Assembly (NCBI RefSeq): GCF_003704095.1
Contig: NW_020844271.1
Span: 62,001-126,000 of the forward strand
Length of the DNA stretch: 64,000 nucleotides
DNA from: Pocillopora damicornis
Lineage: Eukaryota
Direction of reading: 5' to 3'
Program-made: the position numbers and the translations under genes
The notes under the pieces: generated by a model
What the model was told of the DNA's origin: nothing
Databases searched by the model: none
Seen by the model: only the letters and a program-made list of their open reading frames with translations
Part shown: in pieces, positions 49,748 through 63,095 of the stretch
How the letters are laid out: every line of letters begins with the position of its first letter
How positions within the stretch are numbered: the first letter of the stretch is position 1

Positions 49748-51893
49748 GTGTTCATTCTTCAAAATGAATATTAGATAAGATGAGTAGGTATTGTCGGAGG
49801 GAAGATAATTAGATTAACCAATCACAAATTTGAGTCAATAACCGAAATATTTGGCATGGGACCGGGTTTTCACTTCAATGTTGTCAAGCAACAGTAAAGC
49901 CATTCCAATTAAAACTTGTTTCCCAACCTTGGCACACCTTCAGTTTTTGAGGAAAATATTCAAAACTTATGTTTCCTTAACGAACTTTCGACGGGAATGG
50001 GTTGCGGCTATAGTTTTTAATTCCGTCTGATAAACGTTGCATGGCTTATTACCAAAGGAAACATGCATTCGTTTCCCCCTAAAAAATGCTATCAGTCTAA
50101 ACTTGTCCAACAATTACGGTTGCACGAAACCTTCATGGTCAAATGTAAAACAAAATAATAACTGAAGAAAATTACGACTCGAAAGTTGAGAGGAATACAA
50201 TAAGCATTAACTCTTGAATAATTAACAATATTTGAGTCAATTAACGCCCTAACACCTCTCATGCGTTCATGTTTAAAGGAAACTTTCAATTTTATGCATC
50301 AGTTTTAACTCAGCACCTCTTATGGTGAAGTTTTATCGAAGGAAAATACATCTTTTTCTATGAATATACATCAAGCCTACCTTTCACAGCTTGCTTAGTA
50401 AATGGAGTTTGGCTTGGATCAGTTTATTAATTTTTGCCACAAACACGCATGCATATAAAATTTTGAATTGCGTAACTGAGGCCTTTTACCAGCATTCTCT
50501 AATTTTCATGCGCTGGTTGCACTGCAAAGAAGAAAAACGCACACAAACACACTCCCACACACCTAAAATAAACAAAATATCTGGTTCTTTCCACTGTAGT
50601 GAATTTAATCTTCAGGACTATGTTATCCTAGACAAGAAGTAGACATTACCTGTTTTGCTTGCGTCCAGCCTTTTCTTTAACGAATAAACCTTACAGACGG
50701 AAAGCAAGTTCTTGAGATCCGAAAGTTGATGTGTAGGTGATTTAAAAAATTTAATACTCCTTTTCTCGATTTTTTGTCGTTCACTTGTTCATGTCTGGCA
50801 AAAGAGATACTTAATATTCGAGAGCACCTAAAGCATTTATTACTTTTTTCGCGTAGGAGGAATTAACTAGTATCACCTGCAATCCCTTTTTTCTGATTTT
50901 CACGATATATTATTTATTCCAACCTTACCTTCTACGGTTATGTAACAACACTCAGACTATTAGTGAACAATCACAGTTCTCTCAAAATTATGCGAACTCT
51001 GTCCATGGATTAAATACCTGATTAAGCCGAGCATAAAAGTCAAAAGCGAGAATCTTTGTTAATAATGTGTAAGTGAATTTACAAACACATGTGAGAGATC
51101 ACACAAAATCTGTCATCAGGATCTTAATTTCCCTTGTGTTTTACTGTCCCTTATTGCAGGTTTAGTAATATCTCAGCAAGTTCATTTTAAATCGGTCTAA
51201 AACTAGTAATTTTTTAATGAGAACGACCCAAACAGGATAAAGGCCTACTTCTGTTTTTGTTTTGATTTTTGGCTCTTCGTCTTTTCTGACTCCTCAAATA
51301 TGTGGTCACTCAACTCATTTCTTACTCACAACAGGGGATACCGATGGCGGAATCATTTCAATATCTAGTTATTTCCTGCTGCCTCAGCTGCGGTTCCTTG
51401 CAAATAGGGTATCATTTCATAAGCCGTATGAAACACTTAAACAGTTACTATTAACTCTTGAAAACTTCCTCGCTCTAATACGCTAAATAAATTATATTTC
51501 CTTTCACGGCAAAGGCGGCAATTTTACCATAGTCAGATGTTGGCTACACGTAACGAGAGAAAATAAACAACGCAGCTTGATACTGATCAGAATCTTTTTT
51601 ATATACATACACCGACAAAAACGGGAGTAAAATTGATTCGTGCATTTGCTTTCGCATCGCAAATGAAGTCAACAACAAGCCACCTTATCTGGTTGTTAAT
51701 ATTGAAAAGCAATAATAACTGGTAATGAGTCAAGAGTAATAAGCCCAATGGAATTATGCGCTGACATATGTCTATCAAACTCAGTAAAGATTCGCGGCTT
51801 AATAACGCTGATAAAATCCTAAAGTTCGCTGTCGATTTCATTCAGCTGCTGTACGCTTGGCCGAGCTGAATACTACTATAGCGGGAAGATAAA

Positions 51894-52949
51894 ATGAAAA
51901 ACCTTTCGGCGAACCAAGGGGAAGGTTTCTTTTCAGAACCCCACTACATCACTTGGATCAAGGTTGTAGCTTACACCTTTATAATCGTGACCTCCTTGGT
52001 GGGCAATGGGCTCATTATGGCAATAGTGTACAAGAATTACAACCATCACATGAAGACACCGAACAACTTCTTCGTTGTGAATACGGCGGTTGCTGATATT
52101 TTGATCACTGTATCCAGTTCGACAGAAGCCGTCATCACACTGGCTGTGTCAAACTGGCTGATCCAGGGTACTGTAGGACATGCTTTGTGCAAGCTCAAGT
52201 CCGTCGTAATGGTGTTATCTGCCCTAGTTTCCACCCAAAGTTTGGCCACGATGGCGGTGGACCGCTTCATTGTCGTGTTCTTTCCACTGAGGAGAATCAT
52301 TACACGCCCTGTGGCGTGCGGAATAATCGCGATCATCTGGCTCACATCACTTGTTTTCACAGTACCGATGATATTCTCAGCGATCGTTCAAGATATTAAG
52401 GGCACTAGCATTTGCTACTTGACGTTTTGGTCGTCAAAATCAGTAGAGAGTTACTTCGTGGCCATATTCGTCTTGTTCACGTGCGTGCCTTTGGTGATCC
52501 AAGGCGTGCTGTACACTGCAGTAATGCTTAAGCTATGCCTGCGAGAGACACCGGGGAATGAGCTTCACATTCCGAATCATCACCACTACCACACGGAAAA
52601 GATGAACCGGAGAATTATTGGCATGCTCGTGGCAATAGTGGTTCTCTTTGCCGTTTGCTGGTTTCCTATCTGGATAGAAAGCATGATTTGTTTCCAAAAC
52701 TTCTCCGACAGTGTTTGTCAGTCAACTCACATATACTTCATTGTGTGGTTTTTGGCTTACAGCAAAAGTGCAATCAACCCATGCATTTATTTCATTTTTA
52801 ACGAGACTTTTCGCCACGGCGCTTCGACACTATGGGCGAAAATCATTCGTGGCCGTTCCCGGGGACGCTGCGGAATTGCCAGAAGACACAATAGGGTAAC
52901 AGCTTTGCAGAATCGAACCGCAGGAGATAACACTCATACTACAACTTGA
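51894..52949 (+). CDS. Intronless rhodopsin-like (class A) GPCR, peptide-receptor-like orphan
   Basis: 351-aa ORF with seven hydrophobic segments. Motifs GN (TM1), AVAD (TM2), C at top of TM3, DRF, W (TM4), CWFP (TM6) and NPCIY (TM7). N-terminal NLS sequon is a likely N-glycosylation site. Confidence 0.95.
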   Translation: MKNLSANQGEGFFSEPHYITWIKVVAYTFIIVTSLVGNGLIMAIVYKNYNHHMKTPNNFFVVNTAVADILITVSSSTEAVITLAVSNWLIQGTVGHALCKLKSVVMVLSALVSTQSLATMAVDRFIVVFFPLRRIITRPVACGIIAIIWLTSLVFTVPMIFSAIVQDIKGTSICYLTFWSSKSVESYFVAIFVLFTCVPLVIQGVLYTAVMLKLCLRETPGNELHIPNHHHYHTEKMNRRIIGMLVAIVVLFAVCWFPIWIESMICFQNFSDSVCQSTHIYFIVWFLAYSKSAINPCIYFIFNETFRHGASTLWAKIIRGRSRGRCGIARRHNRVTALQNRTAGDNTHTTT

Positions 52950-54699
52950 GAAGCACGAACGTAAATACCTGAATGTGAATTTAAATCAGCACAGCTACAA
53001 AGTCTTCGGTTTGCCACCCACTCAACGAACTAAACAAAATGTTCCTACGGTTAATATTTAAGATTAATATCATATTCACATTTCCAAATTTATTGTTGTT
53101 AGAATATGCCCAATATTAGTAGGTTTAATTGATTTGTAGCAGAATGACAGTTTGCGATATCCATTCGTCTATACCTGTCATTTAAGAACTGTAATAAAAT
53201 TGTTAATTTGGTGTGTTACGTAACGTTTTATCTCTCTTTCAAATGACTTCCTCTGTTTTCTTCAAAATGTTCGATAAAATTAAGTTAGCACGCTACTTCT
53301 GCAAAACCAAATGAGGCTCCAGAAAAGGAAGAACTAATTTGAGTTGTCTTTTCTCAAGTTCAAAACGAAATACTAGCAGAATTTACTGATCACTACCTGC
53401 AAAAGAGGCTTGTAGAGCTTTTTTAATCGAAAATTTACTGCTTTGATTCTGTTTCTTTTTATTTGCTAAGGTGCTATTCCATCTTTTGAAACGACCTTGA
53501 ATGATTAACTTCTCGGCCGAAATTTATCCAAACTGGATTCCACGGCTTAAGGAGAGAGTTACTAAAATTTTCACCAACAACATTACTTGGTCCATCTCGT
53601 CCACGCTCTGACGAGATAAACTCTGGACTAATCATACGATTCTCTCTCCACAGGACCACACCTGTCTGCACGCCACGTTGAGATTATGTGTTGTAAAAAG
53701 CAAATGTATAAAAACAACCTATGTTTAGATGAGTTAAAAAAAAAGTGCTAAAACCTCTAAAGGGAGTATGACAGAAGACTAACCTTTCAGTGTATAGATT
53801 GTTTAACCACATGACCAACTTAGAAATCGAGAGGAAAATTTGGAAAACCGCTCTTGAAAAGAGTTTTCTGATTTTTACTCATAATCTTCATGTAACAAAG
53901 CTCTCATCGACCCCGAGAAAAGACTGGTACAGTCTAAAATCTATAAAAAATTGGAAAAGCTACCTCAACAAAGTCCATATTTTTTAAAGTTTATTTAGTT
54001 AACTTAAACAATTTCTTGGCTTGTAACATTGATCCCGTAGTATTGTCCAGTATCTTCGAGCCAGGTGGACGAGGATCAGGATAGCCTATTCACCATGAGC
54101 TTGCGAATAATGAGAGCCGTGTTGCTAGGCAACTTAACGTACACGTATCTTTCTCATTAACAAGTATGCCAGTGTTTCAGTAACAGTCAAAAGCCCTTGC
54201 GCATGATGATACTTTTAACTGAAACTTCTCCATGTTTCGTTTACAGTACATACTTAAGCATTTGAAACTTTCTTGTTGTTTTCACGATGGAATCCTGTTC
54301 ACGTCAGAGCTTTTGGAGTACTTTCGTTACAATTTCCAGACGATAACAAGTCAAATGTAGAGGATAAAATTAATCACTCCCTACTTTGAAAACGAGACTT
54401 GGAGGTGAATTGGCTATTCTGATGTAATTATACATCTATACATATAAAGGCTGTTGGTTTGTAGGATGCCAGAGTATTTTCAAAAGAACAAACGGCTCTT
54501 CTTGTACCCTCAAGCCTACTATTTTGAAATAAGAAATTCACCACTCATTTGGAGTAACAAAGGAACGTAATGCTCTTCTGCAAGTAACCATTACCGTGGG
54601 AATATACAAAACTTGGGTACTTAGAAAGTATTTACAAAACAACTTTCAGGAAAATGTGAGATAATCATGAATAAAATCAGTTGTGCTTCTATCTTATCG

Positions 54700-57600
54700 T
54701 CATTGCTGTGTATTTCCATGAAAAGGAGGTGGGCGCTGTTGCCGTCTGGCAGCGAGTCTTTTTCTCAAATCTCTCACCTCAGCCATGAGTTCCAGTTCAC
54801 GTTTCTCAAAAGTTGCTCGCTGACGTTCAAGGGAAGGTTCTGTAGCAGCATTAAAACAAGTCTAATTAAAATGTGATCGGATCAAGTTTGAACCTCGAGT
54901 TTAAAGATACATTTTAAAAAATTAATGATGCTTCAGAAGTAAACATTCTTAATTCACTGTACTGTTCAGACCACATGCCACGCAACAGACGAATTGTTTA
55001 CTTCATGACCTCATTACTCAAGAAAATATTTTACTGTAACTGAAGAGCCACGTATTGTTTTTTTTCACATTTACAAAGACTTCTTTTGGTCCAATTAAAA
55101 GGTTCTTTGAATGCTAAAAGTTTTACCTCGAGAAGTGATAGGTGTTCCGCTGGATTCTGACTCTGTCGTGGTGCTGCTCTCTGTGTTATTGGGCAGCATG
55201 GTACTTAACGGTTTTCTAGGGTGATCCGGGATTTGACGAATTTCCCTAAGCCGAGCTACGTTAAACAGAGTAAAAGAAGAAACAAATCACCCACTAATGT
55301 TTCAGCCTCCAGCATTAAAACAGAATTTCTTATTCAAAAGAGAAATGCACTCACAAAATGACTCCGAGTCGTCGGTAGTCGTAGTCTGATCTCGTGTCAG
55401 AGCACTCAGAAGATTCAAACGTCTTCTGTCCTCCTCGGCTGCCAAAGCTTTCTGTTGTCTCACTTCCGACTGTTTCACAGCCACAACGTCATTCTATAAA
55501 GATATGCAAAAAGGTAAAGAAAACCAAAATCAGGTTGGAACGTTTTCATCATATCCAACTAATTCTAGAGGCGGATGCAAAACAATGCATCCAGTAAGTA
55601 TAATACCACTCCAAAATAAAAAAAATTAAGCGAAAATTTGTACCTCTTTATTCCTCAACTCATGTACAAGCGACTGAACTTCAGTCTCTCTTTCCTTATT
55701 CTCCAAAACATGCTGGGCAATCTAAAACAGTTATAGAAACAAACATTACTGCGATGATCATTCTCATCTCCACTATGAGTTTAAGTACCAACCCAGGTAG
55801 GGCAAGTTTTTGCATGAACAACTTGAAGAAATATTAACCTCTTCTTAAAAGGGTTATAAGACAGGTTGACCCTACATCGTTACAGGTTTCATGTAACCGC
55901 TTACATAAGTGCGACTTTTAAACAATCAATATTCGTAGTAATTCAGCCGCGGTTTGAAAGCAACCCAGGTTCGTACGAAGTGGTTCTAACCGTTACATTA
56001 GCAGAATTAACCGTCATGTTGACCCCTCCTTCATCAGTTCAATTCTCGTTTTTTATCTCACCTTGACTTCATTCAGCTCTCGGTGAAGATCATCCATTCT
56101 AGTCCTCATATCTACTTCTTCTTCCATATTGACAGATGTGTGTTTCTGCTGGGCATTAGCCAATTCTTCTTGAGAAATCTTATGAGAAACCAAGCAGTTT
56201 CTTTAGATCTCTGAATCAATAATTGCATCAGTGAGAGCAGAGTGAAATGACCTGACTCTCACCCGGACGATCAGAATAATAGCGGAGCTCGCGTAGCCCC
56301 ATAATTATACAAAATAGTAGTAACCCATCACGCCGAAAAAATTTGGATGTACGACCTTACGACCGTACAAGGTGCTACTTTTAACATGCGTGGTCAACTG
56401 TACCGCGGGCACGCCAACGCCACGGCTTTGTCCAGTAGTCCAGTGGTCAGTGCACTGGGCTCCGAGTCGGACGACTCGGTTTCTAGTCCTGGCTTGGGCA
56501 AGGCGTTGTGCCCTTGAGACGTGCGGGGAAAAAAATGCGAGCTTCGCTTTTAGGCTTAGCTAAATCTATATATTAATCAAACTGTACAGGAAGCTACACC
56601 AGTCAACTCAGACGGTAGATTTTCTGTTGCATTACCCTTTGTGAATCAATGTCGACCTCCTGAACGGCATCCATTGTCCTCCTAAAAAGTTGCTCTTCCA
56701 ATTCCTGCTGTTTTCGTTGGATCGCTTGCTCTGATCTCTGCTTAAAGGAATGCTGCAGCTCATCTCGGATCAAATCCTGTTTCATAAACAATAGAATTAC
56801 GTTTAGTGAGCTTCAAATTTGTTCTCGTTCCAGGCGCCACCGAGCTTTATTCGAGGCTCACAATGGCAGGAGTCCGAGGAACGGTACTCAAAACAGTTTT
56901 CACTAGTAGTCCAGTGAAGGATGTACAGTCCAATTTGATGAAAAAGAGCCATTACAGGGCAAAAAATGTACCAACCTGTTGAAGCATTTCTTTTTGCGCT
57001 TGAAGCTCCAGTCCTTTTATCTCAGCATCTTCTACAGCGTGCCTGGTTTCTTGTTCTCTAAGCAATGCCTAAAACCGTCATAGGATGAAACAAGTATCGT
57101 TTAAACTTAACACAATTACTCTTATTAGGTAAATAGAATAATTAGTTAACAGACAAAAATAAACTGAGCTCGCAGGCATCGGTAAAGATGTCAGTAGGCC
57201 GTGGCCTAACATTTGATGACCTTGAGCGGTATTGCTGGTGTGCCTGTGGTTATACTGACCTTACGTTCTATCTCGTCATCAAGTCTTTGTAGCTCCGCTT
57301 CTTTAAGTGTTTGCTGATGATGCATGAAACGTCTGCGAACAGCGTCCAGCAGTTGCAGCTCTCGTAGATGAATCTCTCGTTTCATTGCCTGCAACCTAGA
57401 AAAAACATCTGACAATAACCATCTGACAATAAACATCTGACGATAAACATCTGACGATAAACATCTGACGATAAACATCTGACGATAAACATCTGACGAT
57501 AAACATCTGACGATAAACATCTGACGATAAACATCTGACGATAAACATCTGACGATAAACATCTGACGATAAACATCTGACAATAAACATCTGACAATAA

Positions 57601-60600
57601 ACATCTGACAATAACATTTACGGTTCGATATCTTTTTTCTCATTATTCCTTTCTATGCAGCATGCTGCATAGAGAAGAGTTGCAGTGTTCTGGTCGTTCA
57701 TATTACAGAATCCTGTATAAGCTGTATAAGCTCTAGCAGAGTGGACCACTCAGCTCGTGTGCAAGACCTAACCTTCTCCTTTTTTTACCAACCTGCTTCT
57801 CTGATCGCTCAGTTTCTGTTCTTCCTGACCGATCATTCTTCTTCTTTGATTCTCAGCGTCAATCATGAGTTCTTGTTGTCGATAAAACGCTTCTTCTTCT
57901 TGTTTGCGCTGATCTGCTACCTCTTTCATCTCCTGGGCCAGTTGCCTGTCAAAAAAGGCTGCTAATGTCTAAAAGGGCTATGTCACGGTTTGTTCATCTA
58001 AAGCCAAAAATTTTCATTTTCGTCACTGATTTGAAATTCGTGACAACCCTCCTCGTCCTTAATCATCTTCGCACCTTTTTAAAATCATTTTTTCCTCTTT
58101 GGTGTTTGTTTAACCTTGCAGACGATTTCACAACGGTTTTTTAAAACATATCTAGAGAAAACTTTATGTGATGGTATTGAATACGGAATGGTCCGAGAGA
58201 ATAAGGAGAGGAGAAAATATCACTATACTCAAATTTTTCTCAAAGTTTTTTTTCTTTTTTGATCTTTTGATTTCTGGTTTGTCTTCAAGGGTTTCTCTCA
58301 ATTAGAATCCGTCACTTTACGTCTACTTCTTTACTTCCTCAGTCTCTTTGAAAAACGACTTTGGACCATACCTCTGTCTCAAATACTCCAGTTCTTCCTG
58401 GCGTATACGTTCTCTTTCTTGGACCTTTCAGAAAAGAACCACAGATTACGAAACTATTTCGTGCTAACAATTTGCATTCACTAGTCAAATGACCGTCTAC
58501 TCAGAAAGAGAGAATTTCTACCAAGGTGGGCGGAGAAGGGGGGAACAGCGAGTGACCATCTCCCGCTCACAAGTGATCACCAATGAGTAAGACGTTCCGT
58601 CAAATATCATTCAGAAAGTAACACCGTATGATTGATTGAAAAAGGAATGTACCTGATAATCCACAATAAACTTTGGATATTTGTTGAAGATCGGATATTG
58701 TCCTTTAGTCAGTGGCATGAATGGTTCCAGCATCCTCTGCGGGTTTGCTTCTGCTGGAGTGCCATCCTGCAGTCGGTAAGCTTCACGTATAACTGCACCA
58801 ATGTCGACTGCATTCCGGTTATGAAAGAAGTACTGGTCAGAAGAAAAAAGTTTTATATTCGTTACCCTTCTGCACAGGAATACCTATGGAATATTACAAT
58901 TTTTACTCTGTGAGAATTATTCTTTTGATACTTAAGCAACATACTAGAGTCTCTGTTCACTATGAGTCGATTTTGTTCATGGCAGTGAACATTGTGCCAT
59001 CAACCAGTGTTTGATGAAGTATTTAAAGTTTTCAAAAAAGAGCGTTTCGTCTTCTTTCTTGCCGTTCCGATGCAGCTTAGGCAACAAAAGCTGAAGTTTG
59101 ACACTTAGCTTGAGGCGAAAGATTTGTCTAAGTTTAATGACATTTGTTATGAGGCGCCCTTAAACACTTTCAATCCAAAGATCTGGGGGTTCTTTCCCAA
59201 ATCTGACAAAATAAATTTCTCGGTCAGCTGGTCTTGAGAATTTGGTGTTACATCGAGACTGATAATTTTCTTCTCTTGTTACTTGTGTACCTGACAGTGC
59301 ATTAAACATTTAAGGAGAATTCAGTCTAATTCCAGGCCATCATCGAAGCCAAAAAGTCATGTCTAAAACACTTTCTTTTTAGTATTTTCAAACCATTTCA
59401 AACCTCAAAATCCTCTTTCCTCGTGCATTGTAACAGAGCTTTGCGTGAAACGATGACGTAAGCTACAACTACAAAGAGAAGGAACGACGGATGGTTGGAA
59501 AAAATGTTATCCCAAGCTCTCAACCACTCGTCCTTGGTCAGAACTTCAGATAAGAGCGTCTGTAGCAATGGCCAGGCGTACATCTGGAAGAGACGAAATC
59601 AATCAAAATAGTCAAGACAGTCGTTAACAGTCGGTACTGGAAAGCAAAACAAAGCATATGTCACCTGTGATGTGACATTACAGTTGACAAAGTGTTCCAT
59701 CAATCTTTTATCGTGATGAACAAGTATATTTTCCACCATCCCAAGGATATTCACAGGAGGGTTTGGAAAAAATTCGAACCAATGCTGGCACCAGTTTGCT
59801 GAAGGAAAAGGAAGAAAAATGATAATTAAAAAAAAAAAACGGAGAAGCTTCACCACATTTTATGCTGTGACGTAACAAGCAAAAACGTTGAAAATATTGG
59901 GTTTGCTTCATTGTTAATGACCATCCGCTTGTGCAAAAAGTCGCAAAAATTGGTTCCAAACAGAGATCACAGCCATCTCGGTCCGCAAAAGTTTGTAAAT
60001 ATCAAGTTATAGTTCAAGATCAAGCCCATTTTTTAACACTTAATTATTAAATCATTATCAATCAGTGGTTCGTTTAAATGAAATAAAAAAGAAATCCTAC
60101 AAAACAATTTTAAAAGCAAATGGATGATCCGGTTGAGAGATTGAGTTTTCCTACACATGGCGTCATTTTCAGGAAACTACCCGTAACAGCTTCAAATTTC
60201 ATCGCGTTACTTACTCAGGATCGTTGCTATCATCTCAAAGCAGATCAGCTGGTTATTTTGAAAGAGTTTAACGAAAGGAAAGGACAGCAGAGGCAGGTAG
60301 TCTACTTCACCAAATATGGCTGACCAGTGAGCTAAGGCCGACAGCGTCCTACAACGAAATTACAAAATAAGAGAAAGAAAGGTTTCTCTTGTCGTGTGAT
60401 TTTGCAGTATCATAAGGGATGTAGCTTAAAAAAAGGTTATTAATTGCTTGAAAACTAAAAAAAAGGAAAAAAACAAAGAATAAATTGAAATTTGCTGGAA
60501 TCCTTGTCCTTAGATAATGCGGAAAAATCAATGCACGCCATGATACAGAAGTCACAATTGATGCCAAAATTGCTGCTATTTTTCGTGTGGCATGTGTTGA

Positions 60601-63095
60601 GGGAAGAGGGCATGGTTTGTCTCAGTTTCTACAAGATATCACAACCTTTGGAGGGACTACATCGAAATTGCCAATTGATACACACCTCTGGAGGACTCTC
60701 AGTAGCTTTCTACTCTTGATAGGATATTCTTCATGGATTCTCACAAAAGCACTGTGAGTTCCCTTGTCCACCAAGCTGCTGTAAGCCGCATGGTTCTCAG
60801 GAAGGTTGAGAAGAGACCGCCAAATGAACATTCTAAGGAGACAAAAATACGGAAATGTTACATTTATATCTACAGAAAAGTGCTAAGTTTAGTTTCGTTT
60901 CAACTTCAAAAATTTTGTAAGAGGTTAGTCAGTGTAGAGTCTGATTGGCACATGTAAGTAAATTATAATCAGCCTCCACAAAAGGCGTCATTTTTTAACT
61001 TTTATGCCAGCCAGAGTAAGTACGAGGCGAGAGCAAGGAAAAGAACATAAAGAGGTAGTCAGGCGCGATAGGGGAGGGATACGCGCTCACCTCAATACGC
61101 AAAAATGGCGCCCATTCTGCGGGCTAAAGATCATAGCCACAAACACTCTTGAACCTTTACGTTTTATGATCATAACATCACCAGTTTTTCTAGTACAAAC
61201 CATGCGTTAGACATCTTATACATGCAAACATCACGACCGAGGGACCAATTTTAAATGGACAGAAAAGCCGAGAAGAATCGAAAACTTTGATCATTCCAAC
61301 TAAAGTCCCAAGATTAACAAAACCTTGCAAATGGAATGACGAGATCCATTTTCTTTTCCGGTGGGGAATTCTGGTCTCTTTTATCATAGGTGAGCACTAA
61401 AGCTGCTGAAAATATGACATCTTTAACTGGAAAATCTGCTGTATGAGTCACCAATCTTCAAGCATAACATCCTACCTACTTGGCATTTTGAAGACTCACC
61501 TATATTTAGCAGGATATTCGCCATAGCCTTGAAGAATCGACTTGAGCCTTGCTTGATTGAGTCCCTCTGGAAGCTCCGTCTATTGCAAGATTTACGTACA
61601 ATTGTGAAAAGCAATCAATGTTTGATACACAAATTGACCACCAGTCTAGCAATATGTTCACGAACATCTACATTTACAACAATGGAGGCAACTACTAGAA
61701 TTCAGAAAAACAGTTGTACCTCAAGTCCCGAGTCTACATTCGTCCAAGTTGCAGAAGCCTCAGTTTTTTGACGCTGTGATTTTACAGGTGATCTAGTCCG
61801 GCTCCTTTTTGGTGTTCCACCAACTTTAGTCATGGCACTGCCTAATGACTGATTGGATTTCGCACTTTGCCGTGAATGTGATCTCTCTTCCCACACGGTT
61901 TTAACCAATGGCGGGGGCGGCTGTTAAACGAAAAATGACTGAGAATGCAATCATTCGAAAAACATGTACACATAGGATGCTAAACCTCCAATTTACAGGG
62001 TAGTCTCAAGTACTACACAGTAATATCAGTGTTAAAAGTGCCTTGTGTGCACAAAACTACACATGTGCAGGACCGACATTATTTTAGTCAGGATTTAATT
62101 TTACGGGCCTGGTGGCCTTAACTGCTCCTGTAGCATAAAGTGATAAGCAGAGATATAATTCCCTCTGGATGAGATACCTGCCTATTTTAAGCTTTCCTTA
62201 GCCAGAAATTCATCAAGTCTCACTAAAAATTTACTGTTAGCGTTTTTACAAATAAAATTTCATAACGGAGACAAAATCAGAGAGAGTGGAGTGGCTTGCT
62301 AGAGACAGAATGACCTATGGCAAAGCTTTGGTACACCACATATTTTGATCGATGATATATAAATTAACTATGATTTTTATTTTCTTTGAAAATACCTTGG
62401 AAAACTGCTGTGATAGTGCTGGAACACTATAAATATTGATGTTACCATTGTCCATTACAGCTGCGACATATCGGCCATTTGAACTGATACTGAAGTTGTT
62501 AATAATCTGTTAGCAATGGAAAAGAAAAGACGTCATGAATTATCTTGTAACCGGAAACATCATTAACTAACAGGAGATTACAAACCTTCAGGCCCTCTCC
62601 AAACAAAAATGTTCAACAACCAGATGTGGTCACAAACAGTGAGGTATGCAAACAGTACACTGATGATGAACATTGTTGCCAACTGGTTTGATTTCATCCG
62701 CTTGGTTTGAAAAATACTTTACTTCGCTCTAGCTTTTACATCAAACACTATTTTTTTTAACTCAAAGTAGATACATGTTGATGAGGTTTGATTCAGTTAG
62801 ACAGCTTCATGACAGATACATCACACAATGAAAGGTGGAAGTAATCCACACCAATCTAAATATTTTTCTTGTGTCTGTTTGAGATACCTCTTGCTTTGGG
62901 AGTCCAGGTAATGATGCAGTTTTATCAATTTTCCTTTGATATTGTAGAATGGCCACGTTAGTTTACATAATCATGTTCAGTCACCAAATATGAGAAAATG
63001 GAGTGGCCTGAACTGGGCCGTAACCACTGTGGGCATTTTATGAATCTTTCCTATTACCTCATCAGCACCTCCAATCTCAAAAAGCTGTTTACAGG
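54700..63095 (-). CDS. TBC1D31: TBC1 domain family member 31 (WDR67), 3' portion; 5' WD40 exons lie beyond the window
   Basis: Exons encode LKSILQGYGEYPAKYR, MFIWRSLLNLPENH...YPIKSRKLLRVLQR, TLSALAHWSAIFGE...FPFVKLFQ, NWCQHWFEFFPNPPVNIL, YAWPLLQTLLSEVL...DNIFSNHPSFLL, then coiled-coil exons and a terminal exon ending TGA at 54702-54700. Confidence 0.93.
56278..56575. mobile_element. Non-autonomous Helentron/DINE-like element with an internal tRNA-like segment
   Basis: Subterminal inverted repeats AGCGGAGCTCGC (56281-56292) / GCGAGCTTCGCT (56538-56549), a short terminal hairpin TTTAG-GCTTAG-CTAAA, and a degenerate GTAC/GACC tract. Internal A-box-like TAGTCCAGTGG and B-box-like GGTTTCTAGTCC. 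Confidence 0.5.
57403..57612. repeat. 14-bp minisatellite, 15 copies, abutting a TBC1D31 splice acceptor
   Basis: (AAACATCTGACRAT)x15. The ten central units are identical (G); edge units carry A. Confidence 0.98.

Noticed and set aside
52046-52360. Antisense ORF inside the GPCR (also 28031-28348 inside ABHD4)
   Set aside because: Typical shadow ORFs opposite real coding sequence.
51894-52949. Opsin, because of a TM7 lysine (SKSAINP)
   Set aside because: The Lys is 5 residues before the NP proline (7.45). Opsins have it 7 residues before (7.43), where this protein has Tyr.
57403-57612. CRISPR-like array or repeat-protein gene (three overlapping minus-strand ORFs)
   Set aside because: There are no unique spacers and no cas genes, and the context is eukaryotic. 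The ORFs arise because the 14-bp unit has no stop codon on that strand.
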